In this document: positions 1-10,085 of the stretch, in pieces
How the letters are laid out: every line of letters starts with the position of its first letter
Position numbering within the stretch: position 1 is the first letter of the stretch
Assembly: GCA_039793485.1 (NCBI GenBank)
Contig: JBAMLO010000049.1
Span: 4,157 to 68,156 of the forward strand
Direction of reading: 5' to 3'
DNA from: Nitrososphaera sp.
Lineage (GTDB): Archaea; Thermoproteota; EX4484-205; JAAOZO01
DNA: 64,000 bases
Position numbers and translations under genes: made by a program
Notes under the pieces: generated by a model
What the model was told of the DNA's origin: nothing
Databases searched by the model: none
Seen by the model: the letters and a program-made list of their open reading frames with translations, nothing else

Positions 1-432
1 TGTGGCATGGGGGGAGTTCTCCTCGAAGCTGAACTAATAGGAGCGAGAGCAATTGGAGTTGACTTTAAAGAAAAAATGCTACGTGGAGCGAAAGAAAACC
101 TTACCTTTTATGGTGCTATGAACTATGATTTGATAAAAGGCGATGCAAGATTTCTTCCCGTAGCAAAGTCAGACAAAGTAGCAACTGATCCCCCATATGG
201 AAGACTATCTCCAAAACTTAAAAAAGAACCCATAGTTAATCTTTACACAAAGTTTATAGCTAACCTTTCCAACATCATTGCAACCGGTGGACACTTTGCC
301 ATGGTTTACCCAAAAGGTTTAGAGGTAAAAACGTTACTAAATGAGAACGGTTTCCAAGTAATTTCTGAAGATGATGTTATAGCTCATCAAAAGCTAACGA
401 GAGTTTTTTTAGCTTCACGTAAGGTGGGCTAA
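1..432 (+). CDS. trm11: tRNA (guanine-10-N2) methyltransferase Trm11/TrmG10 family, 5'-truncated by window edge
   Basis: Frame open from base 1 (CGMGGVLLEA, SAM-binding motif I) with DPPYG motif IV; next to RNase Z. Confidence 0.8.
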   Translation, partial: CGMGGVLLEAELIGARAIGVDFKEKMLRGAKENLTFYGAMNYDLIKGDARFLPVAKSDKVATDPPYGRLSPKLKKEPIVNLYTKFIANLSNIIATGGHFAMVYPKGLEVKTLLNENGFQVISEDDVIAHQKLTRVFLASRKVG

Positions 433-434
433 CT

Positions 435-1352
435 TTGAGGGGTAAACTCGTTTTTCTCGGAACCTCTGCAGGAGTTCCAACAGAGTCTAGAAGCTTGCCT
501 TCTTTAGCGTTAGTGTGGAATGGTGAAATTATCCTATTTGATGTAGGCGAGGGTACTCAACACAGAATGATAAAGGCGCAGTTAAGCCCAGTAAAGGTTA
601 CTAAGATCTTCATTACGCATATGCATGGCGACCACGTTCTTGGCTTACCTGGCTTAATAATGACGATGTCTTTAATGAAGAGAACACAGCCTCTAGAGGT
701 GTTCGGGCCCCCTGGAATTAAGACCTTTTTAAATTGCTTACTTCCAACAATTCATGAAGATGAAGAAAGCACAAAGTTTAGCATAATCGTAAATGAAATT
801 ACTCAAGATGGTCTTGTAGTTTCAGAGAAAGATTACGAAGTTTATTCGATTAAGGTTAAGCATAGCATAGAAAATAGAGCGTATAAATTCGTAGAGAAGG
901 ATAGACCTGGGAAGTTTAACGAAGAGGTAGCAAACAAGCTTGGCATTCCTGAAGGTCCATTGAGGAAAGAACTGATTGAAGGGAAAAGTATAACTCTAAA
1001 TGGAAAAGTTATAACTCCAGAAATGGTAGTTGGTCCTCCTCGACCTGGTTTTAAGCTTGTATATACTGGCGACACCGCTTATTCTGAAAACTTAGTTGAG
1101 TTTTCAAAAGACGTTGACATACTCGTGCATGAATCTACTTTTGATTCAAGCAAAGAAGATGCCGCAAAAAAAGTTTTTCACTCTTTGGCTTCTGATGCCG
1201 CTGTTGTTGCTGCGTTAAGTAGAGCTAAAAAACTTGTTTTAACCCATTTTAGTGCCAGATACAAAGACCCCAGCATATTGGTGGAAGATGCAAGGAGAGT
1301 TTTCAAAAATGTGGTTGCGGCAGAAGATTTAATGGAGATTATAATAGATTAG
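435..1352 (+). CDS. rnz: Ribonuclease Z
   Basis: LGTSAGVPT start, THMHGDH metallo-beta-lactamase motif, GP-rich exosite arm, YTGDT, HESTF, LTHFSARY. Confidence 0.95.
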   Translation: MRGKLVFLGTSAGVPTESRSLPSLALVWNGEIILFDVGEGTQHRMIKAQLSPVKVTKIFITHMHGDHVLGLPGLIMTMSLMKRTQPLEVFGPPGIKTFLNCLLPTIHEDEESTKFSIIVNEITQDGLVVSEKDYEVYSIKVKHSIENRAYKFVEKDRPGKFNEEVANKLGIPEGPLRKELIEGKSITLNGKVITPEMVVGPPRPGFKLVYTGDTAYSENLVEFSKDVDILVHESTFDSSKEDAAKKVFHSLASDAAVVAALSRAKKLVLTHFSARYKDPSILVEDARRVFKNVVAAEDLMEIIID

Positions 1353-1424
1353 CTTGAAAAATAACGCTGTCCATTGTGTTTTTAGAATAAGTGCTCTTTT
1401 CCTCTATTTTGTTAATTAAGTATT

Positions 1425-1997
1425 TCAGCTACTATTTCTTAGTAGTCTAAGTTTTTCCATTATTTTTCTTACATTGTGTCTAAGTTCTTGTAAGTCTCCT
1501 TCGTTTTCTATCTTTATTCCCTCACTGTCGTTTATTACCTCTCTTAAGCCAATATTTAACTCAACTTCGTCTCTTGTTTTTAGTTCTTCCAAAGTTTTAG
1601 GGTCATCTGCTCTACGTCTTCTTGAAAGTCTTTTTAGTCTTGTTTCTATACTAGCAACAACGATCAACAGTAAAATTTTCTTGAAGGCTTTTCTAAAGAC
1701 CTCAAGCTCTTCTTTGCTCCTAAGTCCGTCTACTATAACAAAATTTTTGTTTAGTTCTTCAATCTTATTTATTGCTAGTTCCGCTACGATTCCAGGACCA
1801 TGCTCCTTTCTAAGCTCTACGATAAACTGCTGCATTGATTTTGCATCCTCTTTTATGCCTCTTTTCTTTGCTTCTTCCCTAACGCAATCTCCCATAGAAA
1901 CTACTGGAAAACTATATTCTTCCATTATGAGCTTTGATACTGTGGATTTTCCTGCGCCAGGAAGGCCTGTTACTACTATGAGTGTTTTATTTTTCAT
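1425..1997 (-). CDS. P-loop nucleotide kinase, UPF0200/dephospho-CoA-kinase-like
   Basis: GLPGAGKS Walker A, SMGDCVREE, VDGLRS, RxDD lid motif. Confidence 0.8.
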   Translation of the reverse strand: MKNKTLIVVTGLPGAGKSTVSKLIMEEYSFPVVSMGDCVREEAKKRGIKEDAKSMQQFIVELRKEHGPGIVAELAINKIEELNKNFVIVDGLRSKEELEVFRKAFKKILLLIVVASIETRLKRLSRRRRADDPKTLEELKTRDEVELNIGLREVINDSEGIKIENEGDLQELRHNVRKIMEKLRLLRNSS

Positions 1998-2069
1998 TCT
2001 TGCTTTCTAAAGCGCCTAATGCAAAGAAAACAATTTAAATGTTGACTTTTCAGTTTTAGGAGGCTAGAA

Positions 2070-2621
2070 TTGCGAGCTTTTGTATCGATGGACCTTGAAG
2101 ACAAGAACGTTATTAGAAAAATAAAAGGGGTGCAAGAAGAAATAGTTTCAACAGGTTGCGACGTTAAACTAGTTGAAGAGTACAACTTCCATTTTAGCTT
2201 AGCTTTCTTGGGAGAAATCAGCGAGGTTCAAAGAGACGAAATATGTAAATTTTTAGGCACATTTGATAAGACAAGTACAAAAATTAAGCTAAGTGGAGTT
2301 GGCTCTTTTCCTTCGAGCAGCAATCCCCGAGTCGTATGGATTGGCGTTTCTGATGGCGCTGAGTTGCTTAGAGAAAGTGCAAAAAGAATTTGGCCTTTTT
2401 TAGAAAAAATTGGAATTAAAATAGATAAGAGGTTTGAGCCTCATTTAACGATAGCAAGGGTAAGGTCTCCAAGAAATAAGGATAAGTTGGTCGCGAAATT
2501 AGCTGAATTAGCTAGTGTCGAGTTTGGTGAAGTGTTCGTTTCTCCAATAAGGCTAAAGAAAAGTACTCTAACTTATAGTGGCCCAATCTATGAGACGTTG
2601 TGTGAGGCAGGACCAAAATGA
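2070..2621 (+). CDS. thpR: RNA 2',3'-cyclic phosphodiesterase (2H family)
   Basis: Two HxS/T motifs (HFSL, HLTI), PRVVWIG; directly upstream of the CCA enzyme. Confidence 0.92.
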   Translation: MRAFVSMDLEDKNVIRKIKGVQEEIVSTGCDVKLVEEYNFHFSLAFLGEISEVQRDEICKFLGTFDKTSTKIKLSGVGSFPSSSNPRVVWIGVSDGAELLRESAKRIWPFLEKIGIKIDKRFEPHLTIARVRSPRNKDKLVAKLAELASVEFGEVFVSPIRLKKSTLTYSGPIYETLCEAGPK

Positions 2622-4045
2622 GCGACGCTCTTTCTTCTGTAGTAGATCAAGCCTTAAGAATAATAAAGCCTGATGAAAACTTAAGGAAAAAAGTTAATCA
2701 AACTGTAGAGACTGTAATCAAAGACTTAAAGGAAGTTTTTTTAAAAATAGACCAAAGGATTGAAGTTGAGCTTGAAGGCTCAATAGCAAAAGATACATGG
2801 ACTTCAAAAGATATAGATGCAGATATTTTTGTTTTATTTCCAAAAGACTATAGCAAAAATGAAATTGGCAAGATCACAATCAATTCGGTAGTCTCAAAAT
2901 ATGGAAAAGAAAAATGCCTACTGAGGTACGCTGAGCACCCATATGTAACGATAAATTTTGAATTCATGGACGTAGATGTTGTCCCTTGCTATAAGGTTGA
3001 GCCTCCAAATTGGCTTTCTGCAACTGATAGATCTGTCTACCATACAAGGTTTATAAGAAGTAAGTTCGATGATAAGCTTAAAGATAGTTCAAGGTTGTTG
3101 AAAGTTTTTCTCAAGAGTATAGGTGCCTATGGTGCTGAAATAAAAATTGGCGGGTTTAGTGGTTTTTTGTGCGAGCTCCTAGTTTACAATTATGGTGGAT
3201 TTCTAGAAACGATCAAAGCTTTTTCTGAGGTAAAACTTCCACTAATCATTGACCCAACGAGAAAAAGCGCTCAATTAAACAAAAAAACTCTAATAGAAAC
3301 CTTTGGTTCTGATTTTATCGTCATCGACCCTGTAGACCCTGAGAGAAACGTAGCTGCTGCAGTAACGAAGGAAAATTTCTGGAAGTTTTCTTGGGCGTGC
3401 AGGTCTTTTTTAAAGCGGCCTTCTTTAAGTTACTTTAGACTAGAAGGTTTTTTGGAGCCTTCTTCCTTGGAAGAAATTACTAACGCAGTCTCTTCTGGAG
3501 ACTTGAAGATTTATGGCATTTTAGTGAAACCTTGGAAAGCTCCCCCTGATGTTCTTTGGGGGCAGATTAAACGTATATTAAAGCGGATTGAATCAGAAGC
3601 AAAACAAAACGACTTCAATGTCGTAAAAAGTGAGGCTTGGAGCGATGAAGTTGAAGAGCTTTTATTTCTTTTTGTTTTAGAAAACGATAAAATAGAAGCT
3701 AAAGAGCAACTTGGCCCAAAAACGTTCGACTATGAGAACGCAGAAAAGTTCATCAAAAAGCACCTTAACGATAAGAATACGCTCTTTGGTCCTTTTATAA
3801 AAGACGAGAGATGGTATGTGTTGAAGAAGAGAACTTTAACTACCTTCTCAGACATGCTAGAGTTCATAGTTTCAAGCGATAAGTTTTTAAGTAGTTTACC
3901 TCAGGAAGCAGTAAGTTCATTTAAATCTTTTAAAGTGCTAAAGAGCACCGACTTAATAAAGTACGTCACTTCTTCAAAAGATAAAAAGAAAGCGCTTGTA
4001 AGACTTCTTTCTGGGAAAGAATGGTGGATAAAAAACATAGTCTAA
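2618..4045 (+). CDS. cca: CCA-adding tRNA nucleotidyltransferase, archaeal class I
   Basis: GSIAKDTW..DIDADIF, YAEHPY, DVVPCY, GGFSGFLCELL, DPVDPERNVAAA. Confidence 0.95.
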   Translation: MSDALSSVVDQALRIIKPDENLRKKVNQTVETVIKDLKEVFLKIDQRIEVELEGSIAKDTWTSKDIDADIFVLFPKDYSKNEIGKITINSVVSKYGKEKCLLRYAEHPYVTINFEFMDVDVVPCYKVEPPNWLSATDRSVYHTRFIRSKFDDKLKDSSRLLKVFLKSIGAYGAEIKIGGFSGFLCELLVYNYGGFLETIKAFSEVKLPLIIDPTRKSAQLNKKTLIETFGSDFIVIDPVDPERNVAAAVTKENFWKFSWACRSFLKRPSLSYFRLEGFLEPSSLEEITNAVSSGDLKIYGILVKPWKAPPDVLWGQIKRILKRIESEAKQNDFNVVKSEAWSDEVEELLFLFVLENDKIEAKEQLGPKTFDYENAEKFIKKHLNDKNTLFGPFIKDERWYVLKKRTLTTFSDMLEFIVSSDKFLSSLPQEAVSSFKSFKVLKSTDLIKYVTSSKDKKKALVRLLSGKEWWIKNIV

Positions 4046-4109
4046 GAGGTTTTTATTTTTAAGTAAGCTTTCTTTACAAAACCAAGTTTTAAAAAGTTTT
4101 AGCTTCTTT

Positions 4110-4643
4110 TTACGCTACAGATTCAAGGAGCTCTCTGCTTTTTTTATCCATCTTGTACAAATCTTCTGCTACATAGACGTTGTCGTTCGTGTCAACTATT
4201 ACAATCTTGTCCCCTGCTCTGCTTATACTTCTTCTTCCCCTCGTTCTAAACTCCCTCTGGCCTCTATCCGTTTCTACAGTCCACACAAACTCGTCTCCAC
4301 TTGTTTCTAACTTTTTCACCTTTTTTATTTTTGGCATAAAGTAAAGTTTATCTAGAAGCTCCTCCAAATTTTTCCTGGATTCTTCATCAATTTTTCTGTA
4401 GTCTTCTACCATGAGTATTTCGTTTCCACTAGTGTCAACAAATATTAAGAAATAAGGATAACTTATTGGAAACGGTTTCTTTGGTATTACTTCAAAAGTC
4501 TCTCCATTTTTGTTTACCAGCCTAACGGTGTTTGCTTTCTCGCCTTTAAGAATTTTTACGCCCTCTATTTCAGTAATCCATGTTTTCTTTAAGAAGTCCT
4601 CAAGCGGCGGCAACCTGTTTTTCACCTTCTGCAAACTGAGCAT
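4110..4643 (-). CDS. DUF1854-like protein partnered with the upstream ABC transporter (likely start TTG at 4613)
   Basis: PFP..P, YFMPKI, WxVETDRG and D..N.Y motifs recalled for DUF1854; overlaps the ABC gene stop. Confidence 0.7.
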   Translation of the reverse strand: MLSLQKVKNRLPPLEDFLKKTWITEIEGVKILKGEKANTVRLVNKNGETFEVIPKKPFPISYPYFLIFVDTSGNEILMVEDYRKIDEESRKNLEELLDKLYFMPKIKKVKKLETSGDEFVWTVETDRGQREFRTRGRRSISRAGDKIVIVDTNDNVYVAEDLYKMDKKSRELLESVA

Positions 4644-6804
4644 TGTATATTCTTGCGTATAGCCCGTTTTTCTTTAGTAGTTCTTCGTGAGTTCCTTCTT
4701 CTACAATTCTGCCTTTTTCCATCACTATTATTTTATCAGATCGTCTAAGCGTAGAAAGGCGATGCGCAATTACTATCGTTGTCCTTTCTTTTGAAATGTT
4801 GTCTAAAGCTTCCTGAATTTGTCTTTCGGCTAAAGAATCTACAGAAGAGGTTGCTTCGTCCATTATGAGAATCTTTGGTTCAAGAATTATTGCTCTTGCT
4901 ATAGCTACCCTTTGTCTTTCTCCTCCAGAAAGTCTAGAACCTCTTTCCCCAACAGGTGAATCGTATGCCAATTGAAGGTTCATAATTGCTTCATGTATGT
5001 TTGCTGCTTTTGCAGCTGCTATCACCTTCTTTGGATCTACTTTCTCAAGACCATAAGTTATATTGAATAGTATCGAGTTGTCAAAGAGGAATGGATCTTG
5101 CGCAACTATTCCTATGCTTTTTCTCAGCCTTTCTATTTTGATTTTTCTAATGTCGACTCCATCTATCAAAATTCTACCTTCGTTTACATCGTAAAACCTC
5201 AGCAACAGTTTCGTTATTGTAGTTTTTCCAGATCCGCTTTGCCCAACTATCCCTATCATCTGGCCTGCCTTTATCTCGAAACTTATGTCCTTTAAGACTG
5301 GGATAAATGGCTCGTAGCCAAAGGTAACATGTTCAAACTTTATGTCTCCTTTTATCTCAAAGTCTCTAGCGTCAGGCGCATCCTTGATTGCAGGGTCTAC
5401 TCTAAGAATTTCCAGTACTCTTTCTCCAGAAGTTATTGCTTGCTGGAGTGGCTCTGCTAAGTTTGTCACAGTTTGGATTGGTCCGTAGAACATCCACATG
5501 TAGCTAACGAACGCGACAAGCGTACCTGGAGATATATCTCCTTTTATCACGTGCAAGCCCCCAACATACCACACTATGGCGGCGCCTGCGGAGCTAACGA
5601 ATCCAAGTAGTGGAAAGAAACCTAGATGAAGTTTCGTTGTATCCATGTTTGCATTTACAACATCGTTCATCTTTTCAACTAGTCTATTGACCTCTTCTTT
5701 TTCTTTTGCAAAGGACTTTACAATGGATATCCCTGGTATTGTGTCTACAAGTAAGGAGCTTAAGTCTGCCCACTTTCTCCAAGCCTTATGGTAAACAATT
5801 CTTGCTCTCGACCTAAACCTTGGCAACCCAACTATTATAAGTGGAAAGGGTAAAAGTGCAAAGAAAGATAGTCTGTAGTCCATGGTGAATATTATCATTC
5901 CTATTCCAATTATCGAGAGGATGTTTATAACTAAGCTTGGTATGCCCCAAACCAAAAACCACTGAACTCTGCCAATGTCATCTGTTATTCTTGATATTAC
6001 TCGTCCTGTGCTCATTTTATCGTAAAAAGACATTGAGAGTTCTTGTACGTGCGCATAAAGATCTTTTCTCATACTATAGACTAATTTTTGGCTCAGTAAG
6101 GAAAGCGAATAATTCTGAATTATTCCAAGTATTGTGTTCGTGGCATATATTGATATCAAAAGAAATGTTAGGTATCGTAGCTCACTTTCTTGCTTGTTTA
6201 CCACAACTTGGTCGATAAGCGTTTTCAACAACGATGGAGGCGCTAAGTTAAGACCGGTGATTGCGATGGACAAAATTAATCCTACCAATGCTAAGTACCA
6301 ATGAGGTCTTAAGTATGACAGTAGCCAAAACATGGCGCTCATTTTGCCTTTCTTATTGGTTTCTAAGGGAAATTCAAATTCTATTTCTTTTTGTTCTTTG
6401 TATTGGAGTAGAGCAGATATTACCCCAGCTGTATGCCTAAATTCCTCTATTTTTTCTCTTGAGAATCTTGCTATTGGTATTTCTTTTCCATCAACAACCA
6501 GTATGAGTTCGCTGTTTCCAAGGTAATCGTTGAAATTAACTTGTGTTATTCTTTGTATATCTATTTCTTTCTGGATTTTCCCATCTGTACCAAGTTTTAC
6601 TACTCTCTTACCTGTTACTATGAGTAAGTACTCAGAGTAATTACCTTCCTCATTTAGATTTCCCTTTGCAACCGATAGTATGGTTTCTTCTGGTTCTATT
6701 ATCTTTTCTACTAGATTCCTTTCCCTTTCTTCGAGCTTTTCCATAAGTATTTCTAGACTTTCTTTAGAGCGCATTACTTTCAAGTAGCGCCTCTTTACGA
6801 ACAT
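4600..6804 (-). CDS. ABC exporter (TMD+NBD half transporter) with an extra N-terminal PH-like domain
   Basis: Hydrophobic TMD, GQSGSGKT Walker A, LSGGERQR signature, ILIMDEATS, IAHRLST; ~150-aa soluble N-terminal extension. Confidence 0.9.
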   Translation of the reverse strand: MFVKRRYLKVMRSKESLEILMEKLEERERNLVEKIIEPEETILSVAKGNLNEEGNYSEYLLIVTGKRVVKLGTDGKIQKEIDIQRITQVNFNDYLGNSELILVVDGKEIPIARFSREKIEEFRHTAGVISALLQYKEQKEIEFEFPLETNKKGKMSAMFWLLSYLRPHWYLALVGLILSIAITGLNLAPPSLLKTLIDQVVVNKQESELRYLTFLLISIYATNTILGIIQNYSLSLLSQKLVYSMRKDLYAHVQELSMSFYDKMSTGRVISRITDDIGRVQWFLVWGIPSLVINILSIIGIGMIIFTMDYRLSFFALLPFPLIIVGLPRFRSRARIVYHKAWRKWADLSSLLVDTIPGISIVKSFAKEKEEVNRLVEKMNDVVNANMDTTKLHLGFFPLLGFVSSAGAAIVWYVGGLHVIKGDISPGTLVAFVSYMWMFYGPIQTVTNLAEPLQQAITSGERVLEILRVDPAIKDAPDARDFEIKGDIKFEHVTFGYEPFIPVLKDISFEIKAGQMIGIVGQSGSGKTTITKLLLRFYDVNEGRILIDGVDIRKIKIERLRKSIGIVAQDPFLFDNSILFNITYGLEKVDPKKVIAAAKAANIHEAIMNLQLAYDSPVGERGSRLSGGERQRVAIARAIILEPKILIMDEATSSVDSLAERQIQEALDNISKERTTIVIAHRLSTLRRSDKIIVMEKGRIVEEGTHEELLKKNGLYARIYNAQFAEGEKQVAAA

Positions 6805-6890
6805 TTCCTTATTTAAGTTTTTTAGTTTATCGCGTAAATCTCTTATTCAGAAATCTTTTTATCTTGGCTTTTTACTAAAGATAACTGCTC

Positions 6891-8009
6891 TTGTCAGTGT
6901 CCGGAACCTTTGACTTAAGGCTACATGGGGGAAAAGCTCCACCTTGGCTAGTAAGTAGGATGCTCAAGCTAGCTGATGGCATATTTCAGGTAATTTATTC
7001 AGAGTTTGGCGAGGTGGAAATCTTAAGGAGGCTTTCTGATCCAATTTGGTTTCAAGCAATTTCCAACGTTCTTGGCTATGATTGGGATAGTAGCGGCTCA
7101 ACAACAGTTACGTCTGCTGTTCTAAAACATGTTTTCAATAAAAATAATCTTGACATAAAGGCCGCTGGTGGAAAGGGTAAAAGATCGAGATCAACTTTAG
7201 ATGAAATAGATCGTCTATGTGAGAAAAGTTACGATGTTAATCCAGAAGAACTTAAGTATGCATCAAGGCTTGTAGCAAAAGTTGATAATTCTGCAATTCA
7301 AGCAGGGTATAGCATTTACCACCATGTATTTTTCTTTACAAAAAGTGGCAAATGGGCAGTAGTTCAGCAGGGGATGAACACTAACTTAAAATCTGCGAGA
7401 CGTTATCATTGGTTTAGTGATAACGTAAGAAGTTTTGTAGTAGAACCACACTCTGGAATAATAGGCGACAGAGTTGTTAAAAACGTTATGAACATGGTTG
7501 CGTATGAAAGCGAGGAAGCCAGAAAAATTTCAGTTGAAATAGCAAGTGAGCCTCCTAACAATTTAAGAAGATATCTTTCATTAATAGAGGACTCAAAACA
7601 AACAACTTTAACTTCGTTTATAGACCCATCATTCAAAAATATAAAGCGTTACAAAATTGTTTTAGAGAAGAACATAAATTGGGATGCCCTCAAGGAAGCA
7701 TATGAAACGAAACCCTCAAATTTTGAACAATTATTAGCAATCAAAGGAGTTGGCCCTGCTACAGTAAAAGCTCTTGCTCTAGTTTCTGAGATAATTTTTG
7801 ATGCAGAAGTAAGTAAAAGAGATCCAATAAGATATTCTTTCGCTTTTGGAGGAAAAGATGGAATTCCTTATCCCGTTGACAGAAAGAAAATGGATGAAGC
7901 AATAGATTTCTTAAGATTTGCTGTAGAACGAGCTAAAATAGGCGACAAAAGCAAAATAGTTGCTCTAAGGCGGCTTAGTAGCTTTATGAATAAAAGTTTT
8001 CCACAGTGA
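6891..8009 (+). CDS. DUF763 family protein
   Basis: LRLHGGKAPPWL, DWDSSGSTT, WAVVQQGMN, ARRYHW, HhH-like LLAIKGVGPAT, FAFGGKDGIPYPV. Confidence 0.85.
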   Translation: MSVSGTFDLRLHGGKAPPWLVSRMLKLADGIFQVIYSEFGEVEILRRLSDPIWFQAISNVLGYDWDSSGSTTVTSAVLKHVFNKNNLDIKAAGGKGKRSRSTLDEIDRLCEKSYDVNPEELKYASRLVAKVDNSAIQAGYSIYHHVFFFTKSGKWAVVQQGMNTNLKSARRYHWFSDNVRSFVVEPHSGIIGDRVVKNVMNMVAYESEEARKISVEIASEPPNNLRRYLSLIEDSKQTTLTSFIDPSFKNIKRYKIVLEKNINWDALKEAYETKPSNFEQLLAIKGVGPATVKALALVSEIIFDAEVSKRDPIRYSFAFGGKDGIPYPVDRKKMDEAIDFLRFAVERAKIGDKSKIVALRRLSSFMNKSFPQ

Positions 8010-8017
8010 TGAAGTAG

Positions 8018-9544
8018 TTGGTTCAAGAAAGGATTAGACCAAGATACGTCGGTCTCTTAAACTTTATTTCTAGAATTTTTGCTCTTTTTGTTGGCTTTGC
8101 TTTTCTTACGCTTGTTTCTAGAAAGCTTCCTGTTGAGATCTTTGGGGCATGGCAGTACTTTTCTTCAGTACTCACGTATTTTGTAATACCTGCTTCCGTG
8201 ATTAACTTCTGGGCAACGAGAGAAGCAGGAAGAGAAAAGGCAGTTGGTCGGACTACGTTGCAATTAAGCTTTTTTACTTCTTTGGCTTCTCTTTCTCTCT
8301 TTTTAGTCTTAGCCAATCTAAACCTTTTTGTAAGGACAGAAATTTCAAACTTAGTTATTTACGTTTTTGCTCTTTGGATTGTTGCATATTTCGTTACAAC
8401 GTCAGCTGAAGCTATAAACTATGGCTTAAACCCAACACTTAACGTAATTTCTTCTATTGTATTTGAAGCAACAAAGCTCTTCTTTGGAGTACTGTTAGTT
8501 GTTGTTTTCAAGTTAAGCTTACTTGGCGCTGTTCTTTCAATCATATTAGCTTTTTTCCTTGAGTTTATGTTTTTTGTAGTTATGAATCCAAAAATGTTGT
8601 CTGGCAATTTTGATCGAACTTTAATAAGAAAGTGGGTGAGCAACGCATGGTTGCCGTTGATTAGTGCGCTGCCTGGCTTTATAGCTTCATTAGACGTCAT
8701 ATTTCTAGGATACTTCTTAGGAAGTAGCTCAGTAATTCCAATAGCGTATTTTAAGGCTGCTCTAACTTTCGGAAGTATTGTTGGTTACGCTGGTGCAATA
8801 TCATTTGCAATTTATCCAAAAATACTAAGAGAAGGCATTGACAACTCAAAGTCTTATATTGAAGATATAATTTCCTTAACAAACATGTTTGGAATTCCAA
8901 TGATGTTTGGAGCCATAATCTTGTCGGAACCTCTTTTATGTATTCTAAGGGAAGAATACAGTATTGCAAGAAACGCTCTTATCTTACTTTCAGTGAGTAG
9001 CTTACTTGGGGCAAACAGAAGCATCTTTACTTCTGTTCTGTTAGGATCAGAAAGGGCTGATGAAAAAGTGAGCTCTTTTTCAAAAGACTTAGTTAATTCT
9101 CTCCTGTTTAAGCTTCCAATAATTGATTCTATTAATTCATTGCTTTACGTAGTAACTTTAGCTTTAGCTACGATTGCGCTTTCTGGTCTAAAAGTTGGAT
9201 ATGAACTTTTTGCTACTGCTTTAGCATTTAGCAACTTGCTTTGGAACTTAGTTTTTACCTTTTACTACTTCGTTAAAGTTAAATCGTTAGTAAAGTTAAG
9301 TCTTCCTAAAAATTCATTCATAAAGTACACAATTTCAAGCTTGATAATGTCTGTTGTTCTCGTTCTTATGTATCCAAAAAGTGCGGTAAGTGAAAAGCTG
9401 TTTTTAGTATTGTATGGCGTTCTTCCAGTAATCGTAATTGGCGCTGCTGTATATTTTCTAGTTTTACTTCTCATAGATAAGAACACTAGAGTTCTTGTAA
9501 GAAGAGTTATTCTTCTTCTCACCAGCTTAACTAATTCGAAGTAG
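8018..9544 (+). CDS. Polysaccharide/oligosaccharide flippase-like (MOP/Wzx) membrane protein
   Basis: 508 aa with many hydrophobic segments and a Wzx-like N-terminus. Confidence 0.65.
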   Translation: MVQERIRPRYVGLLNFISRIFALFVGFAFLTLVSRKLPVEIFGAWQYFSSVLTYFVIPASVINFWATREAGREKAVGRTTLQLSFFTSLASLSLFLVLANLNLFVRTEISNLVIYVFALWIVAYFVTTSAEAINYGLNPTLNVISSIVFEATKLFFGVLLVVVFKLSLLGAVLSIILAFFLEFMFFVVMNPKMLSGNFDRTLIRKWVSNAWLPLISALPGFIASLDVIFLGYFLGSSSVIPIAYFKAALTFGSIVGYAGAISFAIYPKILREGIDNSKSYIEDIISLTNMFGIPMMFGAIILSEPLLCILREEYSIARNALILLSVSSLLGANRSIFTSVLLGSERADEKVSSFSKDLVNSLLFKLPIIDSINSLLYVVTLALATIALSGLKVGYELFATALAFSNLLWNLVFTFYYFVKVKSLVKLSLPKNSFIKYTISSLIMSVVLVLMYPKSAVSEKLFLVLYGVLPVIVIGAAVYFLVLLLIDKNTRVLVRRVILLLTSLTNSK

Positions 9545-9546
9545 AA

Positions 9547-10026
9547 CTATACGTTCGGAAATTTATCTCTTACTGGTTTGTAAACTTCTTCAAAAAATTT
9601 TCTTTGGTCTAGCAATGTCTCTTTATCAAACTTCTTTAAATAATCTATAGCTACCTTCCATGCTTCTTCGAATGGCATAACGTCTGCAATTTTGTCTATT
9701 ACTTCTCTTTCAAAATCTGAGGGTTTTTGTTCTTGGGTTCCTATCTTAAACCACCCGCTTTTCGATAAGTATGCTCCCTCGTTTCCAAGGAAGAATATTT
9801 TTTCTTCACCAATTTCCTTTTTTTCTCCTGAAACTTCTCGCGTTGATTTTAATCCTGTTTTACTTGGTCTTGCCTTTAGCGCTCTCTTCGCCCAAGCATA
9901 AAATATTGCTCTGTTAAGACCAAACGATAAAGCTTTTTCAAAATCCTTCATCAAAAGGTAATAACGAGCTGCCTGCAATAGAGCCATAACCTGAAATCTA
10001 CCAATCTTTCTTTCAGCTTTTTTCAT
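9547..10026 (-). CDS. Hypothetical protein
   Basis: 159-aa ORF with host-like composition and an upstream TATA-like element; no family recognised. Confidence 0.65.
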   Translation of the reverse strand: MKKAERKIGRFQVMALLQAARYYLLMKDFEKALSFGLNRAIFYAWAKRALKARPSKTGLKSTREVSGEKKEIGEEKIFFLGNEGAYLSKSGWFKIGTQEQKPSDFEREVIDKIADVMPFEEAWKVAIDYLKKFDKETLLDQRKFFEEVYKPVRDKFPNV

Positions 10027-10085
10027 CTTTTGCTTAAGTTTGTGAGTTAGAAACTTTTTATACTTTTCCTTATTTCTTTTTCGCT

